A program made the translations under genes and the position numbers. Of a stretch of DNA of 62,000 nucleotides, positions 13,456 to 26,270 are shown one piece after another. Under the pieces are notes generated by a model. The model saw only the letters and a list, made by a program, of their open reading frames with translations, ran no database searches and was not told the origin of the DNA. How positions within the stretch are numbered: the stretch's first letter is position 1; every line of letters begins with the position of its first letter. Origin of the DNA: Wallemia ichthyophaga EXF-994 (taxonomy: Eukaryota; Fungi; Basidiomycota); assembly GCF_000400465.1 (NCBI RefSeq), contig NW_008806275.1:588156-650155 (forward strand), read 5' to 3'.

Positions 13456-13536
13456 GGTTTTGTAGTGTAGCGGTTATCACCGTGGATTTTGATACAAAAA
13501 CTTCCATTAACCCCGGTTCGAATCCGGGCAAGACCT
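13456..13536 (+). tRNA. tRNA-Gln (anticodon UUG) with 9-nt intron
   Basis: Acceptor GGTTTTG/CAAGACC, D-arm GTGTAGCGGTTATCAC, anticodon stem GTGGA/TCCAT, loop TTTTGA[tacaaaaac]T, T-arm CCCGGTTCGAATCCGGG, followed by a TTTT Pol III terminator. Confidence 0.92.
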
Positions 13537-13793
13537 TTTGCCTTTCCTAATTTCCTCTTTTTATTATTTGTTAGGAGATATCTGCGTTTTTCAAGAGTAT
13601 AAATGACTTCTTAGTTTGATGACCTGAGCAATACACCATGTATTAGCGATGTGACAGGACATCAGAAGGAGCAAGATGTAAAAGTTGGTTGAAGTTGACG
13701 CGCAATCATACATTCGATAAGAGCAACTTGAACGAACTCGAAAACAAGAATTTTGTATGCAGATTACAGCGTTGATAAGGTCTATCACTGCTA

Positions 13794-15166
13794 ATGATCA
13801 AGCCTCGGCTCAACTACAAAGGCATTCGCGGATCACTGGAACAAATTGCGCAAAATAATGTACACCGCAATGCCAAAGTGGATCTAAGCAACTACACGAA
13901 CATCTACAACACATCCTCCATGCTCGAGCACACGCTAAATGCGACGAAACACACGCAAGCAACGACCAAGTCGAAGGAGCTGAAAAGGGAAATAAAGGAG
14001 CTGGAAGGAAGATTAAGAGATACTAAACAGGATTTGTACGAGATAGCTTCGCAGATCCCCAACGAATCGCACCCGTCTTCTCCGACGAACAACGTTGCAG
14101 TAGAGGTGGACAGCGGAGGTCCACCACCAATACGCGCCACTCGCACACGTGATCATCTCGATATTGCTGCTCGACTTAACGGGACTCTCCCACTGTCCGC
14201 GGCTAATGTGTCCGGTAATGGTTTCGCAATTCTCAAAGCTGAGTTGGCGGTGCTGGAACATGTACTCATACAGCACGCTCTGCATGTGGCTGTTGGGCGC
14301 GGTTACACTCTCGTCACTGTGCCCGATATTGTCAAAATGGACATCGCAAATAGGTGTGGATTTGTGCCGCGCGATACAGCAGCGAATCAGACATATACAG
14401 TTAGCAGTAGCGGTGCTGGAAACAGTAATGGTAATGCACGAGAGAGTAACAGTGACAGTAACAGTAACAATAACAATGGCCCTAACACACTCTGTCTCGC
14501 AGCTACTGCTGAAATACCTCTGGCTGGGCTGCATTTCAACGATTTGCTCAAACACAAAGAGCTCCCCATCAAGTATGTCGCTTGTGGGCATGCCTTCCGA
14601 GCGGAAGCTGGAGCTCGAGGACGAGACACGCGGGGATTGTATAGATTGCACCAGTTCACCAAGGTTGAGTTATTTTCCCTCACAGATGCTTCCTCGAGTG
14701 ACGCGATGCTGGATGAGATAGTAGACATTCAGAGGGAGATTGTACAAACTCTCAATGTACCATATAGGTGGGTGCGACAAGGTCACTGCGATGTTCACTC
14801 TTAATCCTACTCACACTCGCTCACAACAGAATACTGGATATGCCGACTCAGGAATTAGGTGCGAGTGCGTATAGGAAATACGACGTCGAGGCGTGGATGC
14901 CGGGACGTGAAGAGTGGGGAGAGGTGTCGTCGGCGTCTAATTGCATCGACTACCAGGCGCGCAGACTGCTCATAAGGTACAAGACGGGCGAAGGGAACGT
15001 GTTCGTGCATACGCTTAATGGCACGGCAGCTGCCATCCCTCGTCTCATTCTCGCCCTGGTTGAAAACGGGGTGGAGAGCGACGAAAGCGCAAACTTACGT
15101 CTGGCTCTGCCGAAATCGCTGCGGAAGTACTGGATTGGCAGCGATAAGCGCATTAGATGGCAGTAA
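13794..15166 (+). CDS. DIA4: Seryl-tRNA synthetase, probably mitochondrial
   Basis: IPNESHP, LAATAEIPLAG, FRAEAGARGRDTRGLYRLHQFTKVELF, KYDVEAWMPGR, EVSSASNC.DYQARRL, VHTLNGTAAAIPRL. One intron near 14767-14830. The exact start is uncertain. Confidence 0.9.
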
Positions 15167-15297
15167 GAAGGATCACACAAGAATTGTCCATAGTATTAAA
15201 AAAGCTTAAACATAGTTACATAACATAATTATTGGAAAAGAACGGATTGTCACAAATTACAAGTAGAGATTAGTAGTTTGAAGAAAAGACACTATGT

Positions 15298-16050
15298 TTA
15301 GATGAGGAGAGCACCAGCGAGAGAGGCAGCAGCGACCATTGAGCCAGCAAAGACGTGTGAAACAGCACCAGAGTCGTCATCGTTTTGGGCGTTGTTGCCG
15401 CTGTCAGCACTGGTATTGTCTGAGGAAGACGATGATGGTGTAGAGCTGGATGAGGATGAAGATGACGAAGTCGAGGATGAGCTTGAAGACTCAGATGAAG
15501 AGGAGCTAGACTGATCTCCATCATCGTTGTTTGAGTCATCGCTCTCCGCCGCTTGACCTTGAACATCTTCACCGAGACAGTCAGAATTGTCAGAGTCTCT
15601 AACGGTCAACTCAGAACTGTAATTGACATCACCAGATTCGTCGTTTACTGCCAATGAAATTTCTTTGCCACCTGGAACGTTGACCTTCCAGTTGTATGAG
15701 CCGCTTTCACCGTGTTGTGGAGGGAACGCTTCGATTGGTTCACTGCTTGCCTATTAGAGAGTTTTAGATGATTTCAAATGTACAACTTACGCTCCTACTT
15801 CTCCAGCTGGGATAACAGTGATGTAGATGTCACCTTCACCTTCAGTCCATTTGATCTGTGTTGATTTGTAAGTCTTTTTTTTTTTTTCTCTAAAGAGTAC
15901 TAACAGCAATGTTGCGACATTGGGTGAGTTGTGGTGGTGATGTGATCTTGGCTGCTAATGCGGAGCTACGTAATTGTCAGCTATTCGTCGACAGCTGTCA
16001 GCAATCTATACTCACGCGAGGAGTGCGGAGGTGGCTGCAATGAACTTCAT
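15298..16050 (-). CDS. Secreted Ser-rich, probably GPI-anchored cell wall protein
   Basis: Signal peptide MKFIAATSALLASALA, LTQC...W..G....Y...W.VNVPGG domain, poly-Ser stalk, hydrophobic C-terminal tail (SGAVSHVFAGSMVAAASLAGALLI). Three introns. Confidence 0.8.
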
Positions 16051-16265
16051 ATCTAAATACTTTGTGGTAGCGGTTTAAGAGGTGTATTGAATCATTTAAG
16101 CATTTCAAATCTTTAATTTTAGTGCCAAATATCTCGATTTGGAAATATTTTTGCATTCTCGGAAAGTTTTCATCATTCATATCTTTCCATATCCGATCTA
16201 AAACATTTGCAAACACGGGCAGAAAGAAAACTAATCGTTCAGATCTCATAAATGATTGTTAAGCG

Positions 16266-17751
16266 TTACATAATATTACATGATTTCTTTGATTTTCTGT
16301 CCTTTTGAGCTTTTTGAGTGACTGCCGGTGCGTGTGGGGTATGTGAAGGCACGCCCGCACTAGGTTGATTTTGGCGCTGCCTTTGTCTCCTCTCGTTTTC
16401 ATCTTGTTGCAATTGCATTGCCAGCGCTAGGCTATATTAAGAATTTGCGCAGTTAATATTGCTGTGCACATTAAAAACCTAAAACACTCACTCTGAGTCA
16501 GCCCGGGCTGTATTCTGAACACGTGACAGCTCGTAAGCGAGTACCGCGTCATCCCATCCTTCATTCTGGGCACGCGTAGTGACGCGTTGCTCAACAGTGA
16601 GAGTATCGTTTGTACCGTTTGTATCGTAAACATCATGAGCACTATTGGCGTAAGCAGCACTAGCGCCAGCATAATCGCCACCAATTACACCGGATGGGTT
16701 GAAATTGTCATTGAGGAACGCCGAGCCGCTGCCGTCGACATCCTCTAACGATTCCCATATAACATCCGCTTCCTCGGCCAAGGCACCATCTGTAACAAGT
16801 GTATAGAGCTTGTGATGACGTTTATCTGCTACGCATTAGATGATAATTGAGACAGTGAGACACCAATTTATACCCACACAATACAGATAGATGAGAGTTG
16901 CGAAATAAAGCAACGTATTCGCCGCTACTGAGACATTCTGTGAGGACGAATAAGCCGGTGAGTGTCATTTGTGTGCGTGAACTGTCGATAAATTGCGCAA
17001 GGATGCGTGCTTTTCTAACAATTTCTTGCTGCTGAGATGATAAATCACCTTCATTTGTATCACGGTTGATGGAGTTGGAGTTGGGGAGCACTCCAGCTAG
17101 GTGGTCACCCTCGGCTATGACCTGTGTGGCATGATCGTAGTTTTCGAAGTCTTGGAGAATGACGTCAGAGTTGGGCGATTGCCGATCGCACACCCAGCCA
17201 TGGACTAGAGGGACGTCGCAGAGGGCAAATAGATCAATTGCGCCCTTGTGTCTGACGGAAGAAGGGTTGAGAGCGTACGGAGAATGAAAGTGGGGGTTTA
17301 GATCGAGACCGTATCTCGTGTGGGGGAGGACATTGAGAGCGTCAGATATGGAGTAAGGGGAGTCTTTGGGGATATGCTTCCTAAGGAGGAATTCAGCAAT
17401 GATTGAGGATATGTAGTCGTAGTCGACGCTTGTTCTGCTCGCTGGAGAGAGCTGTAAATTTCCACGCATTATGAGAATATTGACCAAGGCTAGCAAGCTA
17501 CAAGGGCCATTCTCGTTTTGGGTGACCACCTTGACCCGAGTACCGGCAGCGTTGAAGACTGATTTCAGAGGCCATTCTTGAGGAGTTTCTGGGTGGAGTG
17601 GTACTTGCTGTGGTAGCTGCTCTTCCTGTTCTGGCTCCCCCTCCTTCACGTGCACCGCCTCCTCCGCACCGGTTACGCCTTTGAGGTTCAAATCACGCTC
17701 AACAGATTCAGCGAATTTATCAAAGCTATTAGAATAAGGATTGTTGCTCAT
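16266..17751 (-). CDS. MINDY (DUF544) K48 deubiquitinase with MIU motif and CaaX
   Basis: TQNENGPCSLLALVNIL, LVHGW, FRNSHLSVL, LYTLVTD...WESLEDVDG. The last exon gives DLALAMQLQQDE (MIU-like) and ends KKSCNIM*. Confidence 0.9.
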
Positions 17752-17830
17752 GATGATGATGGTTGTAAATTGCCAAGCTGCGTAATATTTTTTTTGTACG
17801 ATTCTTTATCTCTGACGACCATCAGCTAAG

Positions 17831-19555
17831 ATGACGGATTTCGTACAGCACGACCCATATTTCAGAGAATGGCACAAACGTAATAATACGCACGCATCTC
17901 TCATCTCCCCTGCTGCTGCTGCAGGCGGTATCATCGACGCTTCTTCCGCTCAAGCCTCGATCGACGATGATGAGGATAACAACCACGCTTCAGACAACGT
18001 CTCCATCGATAAGGCTGACGCCCCTCCTCCTCAAGGTGTGGCTCCAGATGCTAAGAAAGTTTACGACCAGGAGCCTGTCCCTCAAGCAGAGCGTGAGGAT
18101 GTCGAGAGGGCCATAAAAAAAGATACAGACAACAAAGACCAATCAGATGCCTCTGACGTCAAATCTGGTCTTGCTGCTGGAAGTGCTGCCGCTATTGCAG
18201 GTGCTGCAGGCGTCGCAGTTGCTGCTGCGTCTACCGACGAAAACCCAGAGCCAACCCCACAACACTCAGATCCACACCCGCCAACTGCTGCTCAAGTAGA
18301 CGCTCCAACTATCTTGCACGCTCCAAAGGATACCAAGGTCGTCACTGAAGTTACTAAAGACGAGAGCAAGATGAACACAAACGAGCCTGTGACCACTGAA
18401 GCTCCTGCCCCTACTGGTACAGCTGAGGACACTGTCGTTCCTGAGACGAAAGAGGAGCCTGTGACTGCAGCTCAACCTCAACCAACAAACACTACAGAAT
18501 CTACAATTGTTCCAGAGCCTGTTGAGAAAGACGAACAGAAGCAGAAGCAGGAGCAACCAAAAGAAAAGCTGAATGCTTTCGAGGAAACTCCAGTAACAAC
18601 GCCTAAAGAAGAGTCACCAGCTCCAATTGCAGCTCCAGCTCCCTCCGTTCCAGTGGGTTGCTGTGCTCTCTATATTAATATATCTAACAATCCACCTAGT
18701 CTAAAGCTAATCATCCAGCTCTTCCAAAGGGTGTCGTCAATCTCAAGGCAGACGGACCTCGCAAACCAGAAGGAATCTCAACACCGGCAGGAGAACATGT
18801 GCCAATCTACCCTGGTGATACACCAGATACACCAGATATTAGTGGAAAGCCAAACCCAGTTACTGTAACAGTACCATTGGAGACGGTGCAATTGACAGAT
18901 GCAGAAGGAACACATATACCGGTCACAGAGGAAGGTGGAGATACGACAGCTGTTGAGAATGCTAAGGATCCAAAGCCAGAGCCTATATCTAAGGATAAGG
19001 TGGATGCACCAATTGAATCAAAGCAGAAGTTGCCAGAAGAGGCCCACAATGCAGCAACATGGACAACCTTGCCTGGACCAGAGGAGGTTCCAACGCCACT
19101 CCGTCTTTCACAACGTAGTCCAGAAACGCCTTTAGCACCCTCACTTGAGGAATCACCACATTCAGCAGAGGAGCAGAAGAAGCAGAAGAAAACAGAGGAG
19201 GAGAAGAAGAGATCAGACAAGGCGGAGGAAGAAGCTAAAGCAAAAGAAGCTCAAGAGTCAGGTGAAAACAAAATAGTACCACCAAAAACACCAGAGAAGG
19301 CTAAATTCCAACAAGACCAAAACAGCCATTTGGAGACACCAAATGCGGGTCAAAGTACAGCGCCTTCAATGAGTCCAGGAAATAGCTCAATCAAGTCAGC
19401 AACGAATCTTCCAGGTGGATATCAGCAAAGCCCAGAGAAAGCAGGTAAAGAGGAAGAGGGAGAAGGACAACAATCTTCATCGATAATGAAGAGTTGTTTG
19501 ATAAGTGAGTGTGATCTATGGTGGTGGGTTCTACTAACAAAGGAAAACAGTGTAA
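17831..19555 (+). CDS. Acidic Pro/Glu/Thr-rich hypothetical protein (~543 aa) ending in CaaX
   Basis: Two long ORFs joined in frame by intron 18653-18699. A terminal intron 19505-19550 gives ...IMKSCLIM*. Confidence 0.7.
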
Positions 19556-19707
19556 TTCCCCTTTGTTACTTCAATTTCATGTTAACGTCTTTAATAATTA
19601 TGCATATGAGCCATATGAAGAGTACTTCTGTGGGGTGTTACTGTGTCCTGTGTCTTGTGTCCTGTGTGCTCTGTTGTTGATTCCAAACTTTCTGTTACCA
19701 AACGGTC

Positions 19708-22277
19708 ATGAACTCAGACACAACGAAACCAGAGAAATCTGAGAATCAGTAGGTTTTTAAGATAGATTATCTGCAAGGCACCTAACAATTAAAATCAAAG
19801 CCACGATATCGTTGTACGTTGGAGTCGTTGAGTGGAATCGCCGACGCTAATCACAGCCAATAGCTTGAATATCTTCGGCGGAAGGGATTTAGTGGCGCAG
19901 AAGAGGCACTCAAGAGTGATTTGACCAGTAAAGGGATAAATGCAGGCACAAACAACCACACACAAACGCTGGAAGAGTTGGCACGTCAATCTGCAGACTC
20001 AATAAAGAATCATAACCAAGATGATAATATTCCACCTGGTCCTTCAAAGGATAGCGTGTTGTTGGATTTAGTGAAATTGGCTTCAAACGATCACCTCGGT
20101 AAAGTAACCACGGATAGACTGCTTCTGACTGATCCAACCGAGCGTGAAAGAGGCTTTAGAGACTTGGATCGATGGGTTGAAGGTAGCCTAGACGTCTACA
20201 GACCTCAATTACGCCCAATTCTCTTCCCAATTTTCGTACACACTTATTTAGATCTCATCAGCCTTTCGTTCCAGAAATCTGCTAGAGCTATGCTTCACAG
20301 ACACGCTCACAGTCTAATCCCATACCACGCAGACGTTATAGCCCATCTTGGCAGTCTGACCCTCCCAGCTCACGTGAAGTCTGATCCATTGGCTATCAGA
20401 TGGAGATCACAAAAGTATATCGTCAGACTGGGTAAAGCTGCATGGAATCTGTTGTTGGGTTGGCTATCCGACGCTTTAGTTGGTGGCCCAGGTGGTTCTT
20501 CTACAGGTGGTACCGCTGAAGCTAAAGGTAGATCACTCATGTTGAAAATTGTCAATGAAAGACTAAGAGTTGATGGTGAGACATTTTCACTTTATCAGAA
20601 TTTCACTAACCACCGATACTCACGAATGCAGTCGTCGAATCCTCTACAAAGATTAGTCAAGAAATGATAGAAGAATCAACAGGTCTGATCTCTGATCTCA
20701 CAATCACTTATCCTACCATACCAGGCCAAAGAATGGCAATTGCACAATCCGCTCAAAGTTTCAATAACATTATCGGTGAATTGAAGCTAGGCTTACCACC
20801 ACTAGACGATGGTTTGAGGGCGGAAGTTGACAGACAGGTAGCAGTTAATGACGCCATGGAAAGAGAGGAGGGCATGGAAATAGATCCTCAACAACAGAAA
20901 CCACAACAACCACCACCACAACAAGAACAACCTCAACAACAACCACAATCCCAGCAACCTTCTGATCAAGGTGCACAATCTGCAGAAGCAACCCCTACAC
21001 CAAATCCACCAAATGCATACGCACCAGGCGCTGCTCCTGCCGGTACACCTCAAGATGCAACAGCTCCGCCACCACCAGCAGCAGGGGAAATTAGAGACGA
21101 AAATCACTTGCTCGCACCAACAAGAGCTGATCTCCCACCTCTGCCGGTATTCAGAACTGCAGATGTAAGGAGGGAAGTGGAAAAAGTCTTTGACAGCAGA
21201 AAGAGAATAAATTTGGGTGTCGAGTTGGAGAAATCAACTAATGGTGTTGAAGAAACTATAAAGAGTAAAGTAAATTTGCCTTCAATCTGTGCTTTCACGC
21301 TACAAGACGTTGGTGATGAGCTGAATTGCTCAACCTTTTCCCCAGACTCATCAATTTTAGCTGCAGGTTTATCTGATTCAACAGTCAGACTGTGGAATCT
21401 TCGAAATGAATCATTTACTGGATTGAGAGATGATTTCGATAGAGAGCATCCACCTTCATCTATGAAAAAACTCAAATTAGATACCGGTTTGAAGGACATC
21501 AAGTTTGTTGGACATTCTGGACCAGTTTTTGGTTTGTCTTTCGATCCTTCATTTGGCACTCCTGTTCAGCCAAGACACCTCATCTCAAGCTCTGCTGACT
21601 CCACTGTCAGACTGTGGTCGTTGGAAACCTACTCAAATCTTGCTGTCTACAGAGGACACAGAGATCCTGTGTGGGATTGTGAATGGGGTCCATTCGGTAT
21701 CTATTTTGCAACGGCTTCCAGAGACAGAACAGCAAGATTGTGGTCAGCTGAGAGACCTAATGCTCTGCGTATCTTTGCTGGTCATTTGGGTGACGTTGAA
21801 ACAGTCAAATTCCACCCTAATTCGCTCTACCTTGCTACTGGTTCACAAGACAGAACTGCTCGTTTGTGGGATGTTCAACGTGGTGCTTGTGTTAGGATAT
21901 TCATTGGTCATCAAGCTCCTCTCTCAACTATGGCTCTCAGTCCAGATGGCAAGTACTTGGCTACTGCATCTGATGATCTCTCCATATCTCTCTGGGATTT
22001 AGGAAGTGGAAAACGTATAAAAAAGATGCTGGGTCATACTGCTCAAATCAACAGTCTCAATTTTGACGCAAATTCAAACCTCCTGATCAGTTCTTCATCA
22101 GATTGCTCGATAAGATGCTGGGATATTCTCACATCAAACACTGAAAGACCTGATAATAGTACTTCTGATCTACTTGAAACATTCCACTCAAAAAACAGTC
22201 CAGCTTATCATGTCAAATTTACACCACGTAACTTATGTTTAGCTGCATTAGATGGTGGAAATATTGCAGCCGATTAA
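19708..22277 (+). CDS. TAF5: TFIID/SAGA subunit TAF5
   Basis: LisH (IVLEYLRRKGFSGAEEAL), NTD2 (LFPIFVHTYLDL), and WD40 repeats (GHSGPV, GHRDPVWD, FAGHLGDV, GHQAP). A 13-nt exon lies at 19801-19813. Confidence 0.94.
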
Positions 22278-22333
22278 TAATAAAGTATTCAAATTAAAAT
22301 AATGCATCTTCTCTTTATACAATAAACATTTAC

Positions 22334-25300
22334 TCAGGTTCTAATTTCAGCGCTTGATGATGGTGGTGGTGTAGATGACAGATGGCGGACATTCCTATCG
22401 ACCATCAAGCCATTTTCAGTCCAATGTTGGACGAGACGATGGTTTGTACCGAATGCATATCTGAGCACTTCGTTGTATTCCTCCACAAAAACTATATCTA
22501 GACCTTCTTTGACTGAATCTGGTACATTGGCATCTACATCCGCTTTCACGGCGTGTGGGACCAAAACTCTAGTGACTCCCGCGCGTTTGGCAGCCAACAA
22601 CTTCTCTCTCAAACCACCGACTGCACAAATTTGTCCAACCAAAGTAATTTCACCTGTCATTGCCAGATTTGAATCCACCTTCAATCCAGTCAAGAGTGAA
22701 ATAAATGCCGTGGTGATTGCCGAGCCAGCACTTGGACCATCTTTACCAATAGCTCCTTCTGGCATGTGTAGGTGTAAGTCTTTCTCATGCAAAATATCCT
22801 TATCCAGACCGAGTTCTTTGGCGTTGGACTTGACGAATGACAAGGCAATTTGAGCTGATTCTCTAATAACTTCACCAAGTTTACCTGTTAATTGTAATGA
22901 ACCTTTACCGGCGTATGATCTACATTCAATTGGCATCACTGCTCCACTACCATTACCGAGATAGCCAAGTCCTGTAGATACACCTGCAGGTGGAAGCTGA
23001 GAGTATAGTCGGTCTTTTTGGTAAATTGCAGGTCCGACGTAATCGCTCAGGTTTTCTGGGGTTATCTTAACATTAACATGCGAAGGTATTTCTAGTGGCT
23101 TTCTTGGTTGCGAAGTTACTCTTGTAGATTCATCAGATTCAGACGCTTCCGGCTTCTGCTCTCTCCCTTTTCCTTCTTCATTCTTCGTAGTGTTCTTATC
23201 AGCCTTTCCATTAGACTCCGCACTAATCTTGGCCGGTTCAGCTGATGAACTGAAGAAGTCTGCCAACATGTTTCGCTTGCTTGTCTTCTGTGATTCTGTG
23301 CTTGTAGTTTCTGTCGTTGCACCTGCATTCACTTCGTTTGGCTTGGGCGTTTCAGAAGGTATAGTCGTGGTCTTGGACATATCTTCCGCGTGCTCTTCGG
23401 GCAAGTTTTCTTCTCCCAAGTCCTTGACAATACCGAGAGCAGCTTTGCGGTAGATCTGTGCTGTGTAAGTCGTGTCAAACAAACAAGGTCATCTCGTCAC
23501 TCACCTTCTCAATGTGCTTTTTGAGATTACGTACACCGGACTCTCTAGCGTAAGATCTAATCAAGACCTCAATAGCTTCAGGCGAGAGCTCGACATTGGC
23601 GTCCTTCAGTCCAGAAATCTCTTTAGCTTGAGGAGAGAGATATCTCTCAGCGATGGCGGCCTTCTCATCTGCGACATAACCACTGACTTCTATTACCTCC
23701 ATTCTGTCGAGGAGAGGTGCAGGTATAGTGTCCAATACGTTGGCAGTCGTTACGAAGAGAATCTTAGACAGATCTAATGGAACATCGAGATAATGATCGA
23801 GGAACTGATTGTTTTGCTCAGGATCTAACATTTCCAAAAGTGCCGATGAAGGATCACCGTTGTATCCTTTACCGACTTTATCAATCTCATCAATCAATAC
23901 GAGTGGATTCTCCGTTTGAACCTTCTTCAAAGCCTGTACGATCTTACCTGGCATTGCACCGACATAAGTACGTCTGTGACCTTTAATTTCGGCAACATCA
24001 GTCAGTCCACCGACTGAGAATCTGAAAAATTGTCTACTAAGAGCTCTTGCAACAGATTTACCAATGCTGGTTTTACCAACACCAGGTGGACCGACAAGGC
24101 AGATGATTTTACCCTCGACTGAGCCTCTCAATTTGCCGACAGCAAGGAACTCCAAGATGCGATCTTTGACATCCTTCAAGCCATAGTGATCCTCGTCGAG
24201 TACATTGGTAGCATGTGGAAGGGAGAAATTCTCTGTTGAATGCTGTCCCCAAGGAATAGATGTGAGCCAATCCAAGTAGTTTCTAGTGACAGCAAATTCC
24301 GACGATGCTTGCTCGAGTGTTGACAGTTTGCTGATTTCCTCATCCATCACTTTACGAACGGGATCAGGTATAGACGTTGAAGATGATCTAGACTTGAATT
24401 TTTCCAGCATCTTATCTTTTCCATCAGACTCCAATCCTAATTCTCTCTTAATGCCCTTGAGTTGTTCCATCAAGTAAAATTCTCTTTGACGTTTCTGTAT
24501 TTTTGATTCAACATCTCTTGAAATTTTAGACTGCAATTGCGCATTAATTAGCTCGCGCTTGAGGACGGTCAGAGCCTTGCTCAATCTATCCTCGACATCT
24601 TGAGCCTGGAGCACAGCCTGAAGTTCATTAATTTCACCTTGTGAAACAGCAGCGGCAAAATCAGCGAGTTTGTCAGGTTCCTCGAAAATGTTAGACGCCG
24701 ACTGTGACACGCTAAAGTTAGCGATCTGATCTCTGAATAAGGGGTTAAGCTGAGCAATATCCTTGAAGACGTTGATCAGTTCGCTCATGAGTGCTTTCGT
24801 CGTCTGCGAGTGTGGTTTTGTCGCAGGAGGTAACTTCAAGTGAGTGACGTCTACGAGAGAGATATTGAAAGGTTCCAAGAAGGCAGTCTGGAGAGGATGG
24901 CTCTGTTGAGCTTTACGACGTTCTTTGTGAGCCTCTTCCAATTGTTTCTCTTCTTCTGGGACGGCTTGCTTGACTTCTACAGGTAATTGGTCTCGTGCGT
25001 CTTCGACTGATGGTAACTGTGGCTTTGGAGGTTTAACACCTGGAGCGTAGAGTTCGTCGATTCTGATACGACGGTGGGGGTACAATACAGCTGTTAAGCT
25101 TTCCTCTTCGTCTTTATTTGAGTTGTTCTCCTTGTCGTCATCAGATTTGCCGGTGCGAGTTGGAAATGCGGAAGTGATTTGCGCAAACACACCAACCGAT
25201 TCGCAGTCATCCATGCTATCGATTACATCAGATTCGCTGTCTGGATCCTTGTGCAGGAAAGCACCAAGATAGGGCTGGCCTCTGGACATCATTTCCTTGA

Positions 25301-25797
25301 TGGCGGCGACGACCTGAGGGTTCTTAATAACTACAGCTTTGTAGAAGCCTTTGTGGGAGAGTTAGAGAGAAGGGAATGGGATTGAGGATTACGTAAGACT
25401 TACCAGGGAAAAGAGGTCTACGGTTAATGGGTAAAGCGAGGACTCTGGGGAAGTAGGAAGGCGGAGTGTTCTTGGTAAGAGATGTTGGATTGCTGTTGTT
25501 GTTGTTGTTGCCACTATCGTCTTCATTGTCACCGTTGCTGTTACCGCCACTGTGCTGACCATTGTGAGAGGAGCTGCTGTTGCCACGCTTTGTATCGTCG
25601 GCGTCGGCGTCCAAGTTGGATTTCTTATCCAAGCTACTGGATTCGGGAGCACCACCCCTTCTCTGGGTGGAGAGTCTGGCTCTGGGTTTATCGTTGATCC
25701 AGCGTGGACCAAGATTGAGGGAGGAAGAGAAGGATCTAGAAGCTAATATTCCAAGCTGTGATCTTCTGAGTAGCCTCCTCGAAGATAATCTAAGCAT
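22334..25797 (-). CDS. PIM1: Mitochondrial Lon protease
   Basis: Presequence, Lon-N (RRPLFPGFYKAV), Walker [17 protein letters not shown], catalytic KDGPSAG and GGLREK. Two introns. Confidence 0.97.
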
Positions 25798-26270
25798 GTT
25801 CTTTAATTATAATTCGGCGATGATGTTGGTTGTTGAGGAAGTGGTTGTTGATTTCGGATTGTGACTGAGATCGTTTACGCAGTTTTTAATTGAGATGGCT
25901 GTGGGTATTTAATAGCTATCTACTTAATCAAGTATGATTGCTTACCGTTTAGTCGTCTTACAAGTGCTGACGAAATTACGGTATGAGGAGAGATAAATAG
26001 AGATTAAAGTTGATTCTCGCATGTGAATCTCTCGGGATCAATTAGCATCTATTTAGAAACTGAAAGTATTTAATATTTTGTGCATTCAAATCACTTCTTG
26101 ACCATCAACAATCTATATTATCACCCTGTGAGTACCTTAGGTTGTGATAATAACGTAGGGAATTTAACAATAATTCAAAAAGATTCGTGAGTTTATTTGA
26201 GGCGTAAATCTCTTTTCTAAATTAAAACGCAGTGGACGCATCCGACGCAGCCAACACGCAAACAACGCAT

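Noticed and set aside
14013-14651. Long antisense/alternate-frame ORFs in the ORF track (e.g. 14013-14651, 33267-33776, 38244-38690, 51192-51692, 55930-56403)
   Set aside because: They lie entirely within well-supported genes and their composition mirrors the sense codons (shadow ORFs). No recognisable domains.
16321-16385. GC-rich hairpin that looked like an ncRNA
   Set aside because: It falls inside the last coding exon of the MINDY gene on the minus strand.
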